In this document: positions 9,872 to 17,846 of the stretch, piece after piece
Layout: each line of letters starts with the position of its first letter
Position numbering within the stretch: position 1 is the stretch's first letter
Assembly (NCBI GenBank): GCA_964426755.1
Contig: CAYRRR010000002.1
Span: 1,459-65,458 of the forward strand
From: an uncultured Candidatus Saccharibacteria bacterium
GTDB taxonomy: Bacteria > Patescibacteriota > Saccharimonadia > Saccharimonadales > JAGQNJ01
Length of the DNA: 64,000 nt
Direction of reading: 5' to 3'
Notes under the pieces: model-generated
Told to the model about the DNA's origin: nothing
Database searches by the model: none
Seen by the model: only the letters and a program-made list of their open reading frames with translations
Program-made: the position numbers and the translations under genes

Positions 9872-10630
9872 ATGTATACAAAAATTAAGACTCCGGTTGA
9901 AATTGACCGTATGCGAAAAAGCGGACGCATACTCGAAAATGTACTCAACTTTGTTATTGAGTCTACGCAAGCCGGCATGAGTACGAATGATCTGGCAGAC
10001 CTGGCCGCAAACAAACTAAAAGAGCTGGGAGGGGAGCCAGTTTTTTTGGGTTATCATGGCTTTCCTCATGTGCTGTGTGTGTCGGTAAATGATGAAGTGA
10101 TCCATGGTATTCCTCGCGCCGATCATATAATCAATCAGGGCGATATTATTAGTATCGATTTTGGCGTAAATTACCAAGGCATGATCACGGATGCTGCCCG
10201 AACATTTGTTGTAGGAAAAACAAACTCAGCCGAAAGACTCCTTATATCGAAAACTGAACAAGCACTCTTGGCAGGAATATCTGTTGTAAAAAGTAGTACA
10301 AAAATTGGAGACGTTGCTGCTGCGATTGAAGCAGTTCTGTCAAAAGCAAAGCTTGGTATAGTGAAAGAATACGTAGGGCATGGCGTAGGGCATCAATTGC
10401 ATGAGGATCCAAATATTCCTAATTATGGCCGAGCTGGTACGGGTCCGATTTTAGAAACAAATATGACCATTGCGATTGAGCCAATGGCGACGCTTGGTAG
10501 GCCGGAGGTTTATACGGCAAGTGATGGCTGGACCGTAATTACACAGGATGGGTCGCTTGCTGCCCATTTCGAGGACACTATTCTAGTAACAGAAAATGGT
10601 CCCGAAATTTTAACCCGTACTATTGAATAA
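9872..10630 (+). CDS. map: Methionine aminopeptidase type I
   Basis: MetAP fold motifs (DIISIDFGV..., HGVGHQLHEDP, TIAIEPM). The adk-map adjacency is conserved. Confidence 0.9.
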   Translation: MYTKIKTPVEIDRMRKSGRILENVLNFVIESTQAGMSTNDLADLAANKLKELGGEPVFLGYHGFPHVLCVSVNDEVIHGIPRADHIINQGDIISIDFGVNYQGMITDAARTFVVGKTNSAERLLISKTEQALLAGISVVKSSTKIGDVAAAIEAVLSKAKLGIVKEYVGHGVGHQLHEDPNIPNYGRAGTGPILETNMTIAIEPMATLGRPEVYTASDGWTVITQDGSLAAHFEDTILVTENGPEILTRTIE

Positions 10631-10679
10631 AAATTTTGTTACCTTGCCGTAAGTAGAGTATAAGCGTTATACTGCTTGC

Positions 10680-11915
10680 ATGCGAGAACAATCTCCTCAT
10701 TTTATTGGCCTTGATATAGGCACCAGTTCAGTGCGCTGTGTGATTGGCATTATCGATCAGCATGATAGTTCAAAAATATCAGTTATTGGTCACGGCAGCG
10801 CCACCAATCAGGGTATGCGCAAGGGGGTAGTAGCGCATATAGATGATGTGGCAGAGTCAGTTATAAAAGCTATAAATGAAGCTGAGCGGGTGTCGGGGAT
10901 TCATATACAACACGCGACCGTTAATGTTAACGGAGACCATGTTGCTGGCATGAATTCTCGTGGTGTAGTAGCAATTAGTACTGCAAATAAGGAGATCTCT
11001 GAATCTGATCGAATGCGGGTAGAAGAGGCTGCTACTATCATTAAGCTGCCGCCCAATCGAGACATTATTCAGGTTTTTGCCAAAAATTATAAAATTGACG
11101 GGCAGGGTAATATCAAAGATCCGGTGGGAATGCAGGGTATTCGGCTAGAAGTTGATACTCACATCGTAACAGCACTAGGATCTAACCTTAAGAATCTAGA
11201 CGCAGTTCTGGCTCGTGCTCATATAGCGCCCGCCCATTATACCGTCTCGAGCTTAGCGGCTGCAGAGGCCGTATTAACACGCCAACAAAAAGAATCAGGC
11301 ACATTAGTACTTGATATAGGGGCGGGAACTACCAATATGGTGATCGTTGAAGATGGGGAAGTGCAGCATGTCGGCGTTTTACCGGTGGGAGGTATCTTAC
11401 TTACGAATGATCTAGCAATCGGACTTAAGACTGACTTAGATATTGCTGAATCAGTTAAGCTCCAGCATGCCGCGCTTAGTGAACAGGCCAAAATAGGAAC
11501 CGTTAGTGTAAATGTTCAAAAAAAGAACTATAGTTTTGATGCGCAAGATGTGGCGCTCATTACAGAGGCGAGAGTGGAAGAGCTTTTTGAATTGATTGAA
11601 AAAGAGCTAAAGCGGATTAACCGCTCACAAAAACTGCCTGGAGGCGTAGTTATTGTGGGCGGTATGGCTAAATTACCTGGCATAGCTGACTTCGCTAAAG
11701 AAAAGCTTCAGTTGGCTGCACGAATCGGTAAGCTACAGCCAATTGGGGGGTTGATTGATACAGTCGCAGATCCACAATATGCCACTGCAGTTGGCCTGAT
11801 GCTGCTTGACATGTTGCTTTTGCCGAATGCGACTAACCGCCAATCACACCCTAGCAGTACAGGAAATGTGTTCGGGGTTGTCGAAGGAATGTGGCGGAAA
11901 ATTAAGCGTAAATAG
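10680..11915 (+). CDS. ftsA: Cell division protein FtsA
   Basis: Actin-like ATPase motifs (GLDIGTSSVRCVIG, VLDIGAGTTN) immediately upstream of ftsZ. Confidence 0.88.
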   Translation: MREQSPHFIGLDIGTSSVRCVIGIIDQHDSSKISVIGHGSATNQGMRKGVVAHIDDVAESVIKAINEAERVSGIHIQHATVNVNGDHVAGMNSRGVVAISTANKEISESDRMRVEEAATIIKLPPNRDIIQVFAKNYKIDGQGNIKDPVGMQGIRLEVDTHIVTALGSNLKNLDAVLARAHIAPAHYTVSSLAAAEAVLTRQQKESGTLVLDIGAGTTNMVIVEDGEVQHVGVLPVGGILLTNDLAIGLKTDLDIAESVKLQHAALSEQAKIGTVSVNVQKKNYSFDAQDVALITEARVEELFELIEKELKRINRSQKLPGGVVIVGGMAKLPGIADFAKEKLQLAARIGKLQPIGGLIDTVADPQYATAVGLMLLDMLLLPNATNRQSHPSSTGNVFGVVEGMWRKIKRK

Positions 11916-11978
11916 CATCTAGCTTACAGCGAATAATTAATTACACATATGCTAAAAAGATGAGCAATGGAATGTGCA

Positions 11979-12007
11979 TTGCAGTTGTTCAATTCGTGCC
12001 GTATACT
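11979..12007 (+). promoter_or_regulatory. Sigma-70-type promoter upstream of ftsZ
   Basis: TTGCAG, 17-nt spacer, TATACT, about 40 nt upstream of ftsZ. Confidence 0.45.
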
Positions 12008-12046
12008 AGAATTTGTTAAGAAGAAGTTAAAAGAGAACCTAAATTT

Positions 12047-13330
12047 ATGCCTCAAGTAGCACCAGTAATTGAAACCTTTGCATCAATTAAAGTAGTGGGA
12101 GTTGGCGGCGCTGGCGGCGCCGCGATTAATCGCATGGTTGAGGCGGGGGTTGAGGGTGTTGAGTTTATTGCCATAAATACTGATGCGCAAGCGCTTCACC
12201 ACTCGAAGGCAGATAAAAAAATTCATATTGGTAAAGAAGCAACGCGCGGTCTCGGCGCTGGGGCGAATCCAAGCGTGGGTGAAAAAGCAGCCCAAGAATC
12301 AATTGACGAAATTCGCCAAGTTTTGACAGGAGCCGATATGGTATTTGTGACACTTGGTGCCGGTGGCGGCACGGGTAGTGGTGCGGGTCATATTGTTGCC
12401 AAGATCGCTAAAGAGGGCGATACACTGGTGGTAGGTTTTGCAACAAAGCCATTTGCTTTTGAGGGTGAGAAGCGTCGTCGTAATGCCGAAGAAGCAATAG
12501 ATAAATTACGAGATGCAGTCGACACGCTTATAATTATTCCAAACGATCGGTTACTGCAAACTATCGATCGGCAGACGCCGCTTGTCGAGGCTTTCAAAGT
12601 TGCTGATGATGTTTTACGGCAAGGAGTGCAGGGTATATCCGACCTTATTACCGTTCATGGTCTGATTAATCTTGATTTCGCTGATGTTAAAACAGTTATG
12701 AGCAGTGCAGGTTCTGCGTTGATGGGTATCGGTCGTGCAAGCGGAGAAGATCGAGCCACAAAAGCCGCCCAGCAAGCGATTGAATCACCGCTACTAGAGG
12801 TTTCTATTGATGGAGCCCGGGGTGTCTTATTCAACGTTATTGGCGGCAATGATATGACTATGCACGAGATTAATACCGCTGCTGAGGCTATTACGAACGC
12901 GGCCGACAGCGATGCCAATATAATCTTTGGAGCGAGCATTAATCCTGATTTAGGCGACGAACTTATCATTACAGTCGTTGCAACTGGTTTTGATGCCTCG
13001 TACTTTACAAAGCGGCAGGCCAGCGAGCCTGTGCAATCGTCTAGCGATGAAAAAACAAATATTCAAAAAGATGACGATGATATCAAAGGTCTTGATATGA
13101 GCTTAGAGCAGAAGGCTCCAGAGATTACGACCGATGCTCATGATTTTCACAGCGATTCACCTATGCCCAACATTTGGGCCATTGATCAAGAGGAGCAACA
13201 GAAGTCCGATCCAGTAACAAACGAAGCGACGGAGCTTGCTGAACATAAAGATCTTGATAAACCTTCTTTTTTGAGGCGTTTGCGCAAACGAGCTCAGCCG
13301 CAAAAAACCGACGATGACATCCAGCCATAG
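12047..13330 (+). CDS. ftsZ: Cell division protein FtsZ
   Basis: Tubulin signature [23 protein letters not shown] and the C-terminal peptide DKPSFLRRL. Confidence 0.95.
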   Translation: MPQVAPVIETFASIKVVGVGGAGGAAINRMVEAGVEGVEFIAINTDAQALHHSKADKKIHIGKEATRGLGAGANPSVGEKAAQESIDEIRQVLTGADMVFVTLGAGGGTGSGAGHIVAKIAKEGDTLVVGFATKPFAFEGEKRRRNAEEAIDKLRDAVDTLIIIPNDRLLQTIDRQTPLVEAFKVADDVLRQGVQGISDLITVHGLINLDFADVKTVMSSAGSALMGIGRASGEDRATKAAQQAIESPLLEVSIDGARGVLFNVIGGNDMTMHEINTAAEAITNAADSDANIIFGASINPDLGDELIITVVATGFDASYFTKRQASEPVQSSSDEKTNIQKDDDDIKGLDMSLEQKAPEITTDAHDFHSDSPMPNIWAIDQEEQQKSDPVTNEATELAEHKDLDKPSFLRRLRKRAQPQKTDDDIQP

Positions 13331-13472
13331 TCATAGAAAACGTACTAAATAATACACCACAAATAAGCTTGAAAAACGCTATCACTAGGGTTATGCTAAT
13401 AAGCATAGACGCTATATATAGTTACAGTTATGGCGATCGTACATTCATTATAGGTTTAAGGAGGTGTGCATA

Positions 13473-13946
13473 ATGCGATGCAACCAATGCCACCATGCTG
13501 ATACAAAAGTTATTGAATCTCGGGACGTTTCGGAGGGAGAGTCTATTCGCCGACGCCGTGCTTGCCCCAGTTGCAATAATCGTTTTACTACCTATGAGCG
13601 CTTAGAGCGTCCACAGCTAGTAGTTGTTAAGCATAATGGTACGCGGGAACTATTTAACCGCGAAAAACTATTAAGCGGTTTATACCGTGCCTGCGAAAAA
13701 ACCACAACGTCAAACATGCAAATAGAAAAGCTTGTTTCTGAAATAGAGCAACAGCTATATGCGTGTGGCGAGCCAGAAATCTCTTCGTCTAAAATCGGTC
13801 AACTTGTCATGGACAAGTTAGCTGATATAAATGAGGTTGCATATGTCCGGTTTGCCAGCGTGTACAGGCGGTTTAAGGATATTGCTGGCTTTGAGCAAGA
13901 GTTATCGCAAATTCGTAAACATCAAATAGAGCAAGCTAATGCCTAA
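13473..13946 (+). CDS. nrdR: Transcriptional repressor NrdR
   Basis: Zn-ribbon MRCNQCHH...CPSCNNRFTTYE plus an ATP-cone. AAGGAGG RBS at 13458-13464. Confidence 0.9.
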   Translation: MRCNQCHHADTKVIESRDVSEGESIRRRRACPSCNNRFTTYERLERPQLVVVKHNGTRELFNREKLLSGLYRACEKTTTSNMQIEKLVSEIEQQLYACGEPEISSSKIGQLVMDKLADINEVAYVRFASVYRRFKDIAGFEQELSQIRKHQIEQANA

Positions 13947-14008
13947 GAACAGCGCTTTAGCTGCTCTCCTGGGTTCTTTTAAGTATTAGAGGATCAAGGA
14001 GAGCTCAT

Positions 14009-14070
14009 ATACTAGCATGGTATGTTAGTCAGAACTCTAAATAAAAACAAAATAACACTAATTACAAGTG
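14009..14070 (+). promoter_or_regulatory. Candidate NrdR operator half-palindromes upstream of nrdJ
   Basis: Imperfect palindromes ATACTAGCATGGTAT (14009-23) and CACTAATTACAAGTG (14056-70) between nrdR and nrdJ. The match to the NrdR-box consensus is only partial. Confidence 0.25.
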
Positions 14071-14078
14071 AGGGTACT

Positions 14079-16838
14079 ATGGGACAAACTACTACATTAG
14101 GGGTTGGTCGATACTTTACACAGCCCAAAACAAAGGCTTATGACAGCCTGCGCTGGGTGAAGCGAGACTCAATCATAAAAAATCCAATGACGGGCGACAT
14201 GGTGTTTGAACAGCGCGATGTTGAATTTCCTGAGGGATGGTCATTGAATGCCATCAACATCGTGGCGCAAAAATATTTTACTGGTACGCCTGGCACCGAG
14301 GAGCGTGAGCAATCGTTGCGCGACCTTGTTAATAGGGTAGCAGACACTATTGTCCGCCAGGGCCTTCAAGAAGATTATTTTGAAACAAAAGAAGAAGCAG
14401 AAGATTTTAAACAAGAACTAAAGTATATCCTTGCTACCCAACGAGCAGCATTTAATTCTCCGGTTTGGTTTAATATTGGGGCTCCCTCACGGTCTCAGCA
14501 AGCCAGTGCCTGCTTTATATTAGGTATAGATGACACGATGCCAGCAATACTGAACTGGTATAAAGAAGAGGGTCTTATCTTTAAGGGTGGGTCAGGTGCA
14601 GGAATTAATCTGAGTGCAATTCGTTCTTCTGTTGAGAAGCTAGGCAAGAGCGCCGGCACTGCTTCGGGGCCTTTAAGTTTCATGAGGGGCGCGGATGCAT
14701 CAGCAGGCGCCATTAAAAGCGGTGGTAAAACCCGACGTGCCGCAAAAATGGTCATTTTAAATGCCGACCATCCTGATGTCGAAGAGTTTATATGGTGCAA
14801 GGCCATTGAAGAGCGCAAAGCAAGGGTTTTACAAGAAGCCGGTTTTGATATGAGCCTTGACGGTAGAGATTCCTTCTCGGTTCAGTACCAAAATGCCAAT
14901 AATTCAGTGCGCGTGACCGATGACTTTATGCGGGCAGTTGAAGATGATGCCGATTGGCAATTACGTGCCGTAACAACTGGTAAGCCAGTTAAAACTATCA
15001 AGGCGAGGGATCTGTTCCGTCAATTTGCTGAAGCAGCTTGGGAATGTGCAGACCCGGGAATGCAGTTCGATACCACTATTAACAAATGGCATACTGCGCC
15101 AAATGCTGGCCGGATTAACGCCTCTAACCCTTGCAGTGAATACATGCACCTCGATAATTCGGCCTGTAACCTTGCTTCTATTAATCTACTTAAGTATTTA
15201 AAGGATGATGGCTCATTTGATATCGAAGCCTTCAAGCATACGGTAGAAGTAATGTTCACGTCACAAGAGATTCTGGTGGGTTACTCAGAATATCCGACAG
15301 AAGGTATTGGTAAGAATGCTCGAGCATACCGCGAACTTGGTCTTGGTTATGCCAATTTAGGCGCATTACTTATGGCGCAAGGGCTGCCGTATGACTCTGC
15401 AGAGGGTCGAGCGCAAGCAGCTGCAATTACAGCTTTGATGACTGGTCACGCTTATGCAACCAGTGCCAAAATTGCTCGTCGCGTTGGACCGTTCAGCGGC
15501 TTTCATAAAGATCGTGATGGTATGCTTAATGTGCTTAAAATGCATCGCGAGGAAGTTTCTAAAATTGACGCCAGCTTAGTGTCTGAAGAGCTATTGAGTG
15601 CAGCCGCAGCTTCTTGGGATGATGCGGTTGAGCTTGGAACCATGTTTGGCATCCGAAACTCGCAAGCTAGCGTATTAGCGCCAACAGGCACCATTGGCCT
15701 GATGATGGATTGCGATACAACTGGAATTGAGCCCGACCTAGGCCTGGTTAAGGTTAAGAAGCTAGTTGGTGGCGGTACAATGCATATCGTTAACCAAACG
15801 GTTCCTCGGGCATTGAAGGCGCTTGGCTACAGCAAGAAGCAAATTGATGCAATTGTGAACTACATTGATACTGAGAAAACTATTGTTGGTGCGCCGGATC
15901 TTAAAGAAGAACATTTACCGGTCTTTGCGTGCTCAATGGGCGATAATTCTATTCACTATATGGGCCACGTTAAGATGATGGGAGCTGTACAGCCGTTTAT
16001 CTCGGGCGCAATTAGCAAGACGGTTAATATGCCAGAAGATGTAACGGTTGAAGATGTTGAACAACTACACCTTGAGTCATGGAAATTAGGCTTAAAGGCG
16101 GTTGCAATCTACCGAGACAACTGTAAGGTTGCACAACCACTATCAATGGCCAAGAAAGAAGGCAGCAAAAAAGAGGATCCTATTACAGCAGCTATTGAAG
16201 ATAAGATAGTAGTGAAGGGAGCTGTGCGTCGCAAATTGCCACGTATGCGCAAGAGTCGAACGTATCGCTTCTTGGTAGCTGATCTTGAGGGCTTCTTTAC
16301 GGTGGGTGAATATGATGACGGAACACCCGGGGAGCTGTTCGTTACGGTATCTAAGCAAGGTTCAACTCTGGCAGGACTAATGGATTCATTTGCTATTAGC
16401 GTCAGTCACGGTCTACAGTACGGCGTGCCATTGAAGAGTTACGTAAAAACACTGCGCGGTACTACCTTTGCACCATCGGGCGTGACCGATGACAGCGATA
16501 TTCGCACGGCGAGTTCAGTGATTGATTACATCTTTAGACGACTAGCCTTAGACTACTTGTCATTTGATGACCGTTTAGAGCTTGGCCTAGCCTCAATAGA
16601 GGATATGCCCGAGTCTCAAACTTCACTGATTGATGAACCGGTTGAAAAACCAAAAGAAGAAACCGTTCAGTTGACCGAGACTAAAGCTAGCAACACAGAA
16701 CAAACACAAAAAACAGTGGCCGAAAAGTCGATTAAAGATGACAATGCGCCATTGTGCTATAACTGTGGCAACCAGACGCAAAGAAGCGGCAGCTGTTATG
16801 TATGTACCAGCTGTGGCTCAACCACCGGCTGCAGTTAG
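14079..16838 (+). CDS. nrdJ: Class II (adenosylcobalamin-dependent) ribonucleotide reductase
   Basis: Class II RNR core motifs (NPCSEY, SNLCNL-like ACNLASINL, ...TGIEPD). Cys-rich C-terminal tail CYNCGN...CYVCTSCGSTTGC. Start set at ATG 14079 with a GAGGG RBS. Confidence 0.85.
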   Translation: MGQTTTLGVGRYFTQPKTKAYDSLRWVKRDSIIKNPMTGDMVFEQRDVEFPEGWSLNAINIVAQKYFTGTPGTEEREQSLRDLVNRVADTIVRQGLQEDYFETKEEAEDFKQELKYILATQRAAFNSPVWFNIGAPSRSQQASACFILGIDDTMPAILNWYKEEGLIFKGGSGAGINLSAIRSSVEKLGKSAGTASGPLSFMRGADASAGAIKSGGKTRRAAKMVILNADHPDVEEFIWCKAIEERKARVLQEAGFDMSLDGRDSFSVQYQNANNSVRVTDDFMRAVEDDADWQLRAVTTGKPVKTIKARDLFRQFAEAAWECADPGMQFDTTINKWHTAPNAGRINASNPCSEYMHLDNSACNLASINLLKYLKDDGSFDIEAFKHTVEVMFTSQEILVGYSEYPTEGIGKNARAYRELGLGYANLGALLMAQGLPYDSAEGRAQAAAITALMTGHAYATSAKIARRVGPFSGFHKDRDGMLNVLKMHREEVSKIDASLVSEELLSAAAASWDDAVELGTMFGIRNSQASVLAPTGTIGLMMDCDTTGIEPDLGLVKVKKLVGGGTMHIVNQTVPRALKALGYSKKQIDAIVNYIDTEKTIVGAPDLKEEHLPVFACSMGDNSIHYMGHVKMMGAVQPFISGAISKTVNMPEDVTVEDVEQLHLESWKLGLKAVAIYRDNCKVAQPLSMAKKEGSKKEDPITAAIEDKIVVKGAVRRKLPRMRKSRTYRFLVADLEGFFTVGEYDDGTPGELFVTVSKQGSTLAGLMDSFAISVSHGLQYGVPLKSYVKTLRGTTFAPSGVTDDSDIRTASSVIDYIFRRLALDYLSFDDRLELGLASIEDMPESQTSLIDEPVEKPKEETVQLTETKASNTEQTQKTVAEKSIKDDNAPLCYNCGNQTQRSGSCYVCTSCGSTTGCS

Positions 16839-16982
16839 TCGGCAGCCCAGAGTAATCTGTAGCGTCAGAAACTTGAGGTTCGCATTCACCGTAATTATAT
16901 ATGGGTCACTTGCGAGCCTCGTTTCTTTTTTGTCTTGCATCTCTTCGCAAGATTTTCGACCAGTATGTAGTAAGATAGTGGT

Positions 16983-17252
16983 ATGAAAGTGGTTATGTTG
17001 TATCGGCCAAAGTCAGAGTTTGCACGCGGTGCAGAAGAATATATACGTGAGTTTAAGCGTCGTACGCTTAAACATATCGAAATGGTAAATATAGATACAC
17101 CAGAAGGGGTGCGGATGGCGCAGCTCTATGGTGTTATGGATCATCCGGCTTTTATAGCGATTGCTGAAGATGGTAAGTTGCTGAATGCTTGGGCGGGCAA
17201 ACCATTACCGATTATGAACGAATTAACAGCGTACGCTCAAGAGTCTCGCTAA
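16983..17252 (+). CDS. NrdH/glutaredoxin-like thioredoxin-fold protein lacking the CxxC active site
   Basis: Whole-length similarity in pattern to NrdH (EMVNIDTPEGVRMAQLYG...PAFIAIAEDGK). The redox CxxC position reads PKSEFA and the protein has no cysteines. Confidence 0.5.
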   Translation: MKVVMLYRPKSEFARGAEEYIREFKRRTLKHIEMVNIDTPEGVRMAQLYGVMDHPAFIAIAEDGKLLNAWAGKPLPIMNELTAYAQESR

Positions 17253-17255
17253 TAC

Positions 17256-17284
17256 TTGAGCATTACCCCTGTTTTTGATATAAT
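17256..17284 (+). promoter_or_regulatory. Sigma-70-type promoter for the T-box leader/cupin-ileS operon
   Basis: TTGAGC, 17-nt spacer, TATAAT. Confidence 0.5.
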
Positions 17285-17290
17285 AATAGT

Positions 17291-17482
17291 ATAAATGCGT
17301 TCAGGCTATTGCCTGATGAGCGGCTATCAACCGTGAAGCAGCGAGAAGAAATCATCAGAGAGTAGACCTCGCCGGGAGCGCCCGTAACAGCAGTAAGTAA
17401 GCGTCAAAAGAATCGTCTCTTTTGGAAGCCAGATGGTACCGCCCCTCGGGGTTCTGGCAGCCGGAAGAGGCGATTTTGTTTT
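17291..17482 (+). promoter_or_regulatory. Candidate T-box riboswitch leader (Ile specifier) for cupin-ileS
   Basis: Antiterminator: helix A1 GCCAGA (17428-33)/UCUGGC (17453-58), 7-nt bulge UGGUACC (17434-40), helix A2 GCCCCUCGGGGU. Alternative terminator: CGCCCCUC (17440-47)/GAGGCG (17467-72) plus U-run 17474-82. AUC in the context AAGAA-AUC-A at 17351-53. Confidence 0.5.
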
Positions 17483-17498
17483 AAGAAAGGCATCAAGG

Positions 17499-17846
17499 AT
17501 GAAAAAGTGGTCAGATGAAGAAGGAGTAGAGTTTCGTAATAGTAATCTCTGCTATGGTCGAGAATATAATCCTGGAACTGGAAAGGTTGATATAGCCAAA
17601 ATCTTTATACGTGGACGTTATCCCGAGACTGGATGGGGCTACCTTGAAGAGTCGCATGAAATGGCGGCAGTAGTAAAGGGTGCAGGCTATATTGAGATAA
17701 AGGATGGCGAGCGAGTGCAGTTAGTTGCTGGTGATGTAGTTTATATAGAGCCAAAGGAAAGATTTTGCTGGGGAGGTGAAATGGATATGATCGTTCCTTG
17801 TAGCCCAGCCTTTGATCCCGATAAGCACAAACTGGAGAAAGAATAA
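17499..17846 (+). CDS. Cupin-domain protein
   Basis: Cupin beta-barrel pattern (GYIEIKDGERVQLVAGDVVYIEP). Its TAA stop overlaps the ileS ATG (TAATG). Confidence 0.6.
   Translation: MKKWSDEEGVEFRNSNLCYGREYNPGTGKVDIAKIFIRGRYPETGWGYLEESHEMAAVVKGAGYIEIKDGERVQLVAGDVVYIEPKERFCWGGEMDMIVPCSPAFDPDKHKLEKE

Noticed and set aside
14022-14078. Upstream extension of nrdJ (MLVRTLNKNK...)
   Set aside because: A GAGGG RBS precedes ATG 14079 (MGQTTT...), and the extension would cover the putative promoter/operator region.
16738-16986. 82-aa ORF overlapping the nrdJ 3' end and intergenic spacer
   Set aside because: It overlaps the well-supported nrdJ C-terminus in another frame and has no RBS. Likely spurious.
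17433-17498. N-terminal extension of the cupin ORF (MVPPLGVLAAGRG...) given in the ORF track
   Set aside because: It overlaps the T-box antiterminator/terminator RNA and contains no RBS. ATG 17499 (MKKWSDEEG) lies just after the terminator U-tract.
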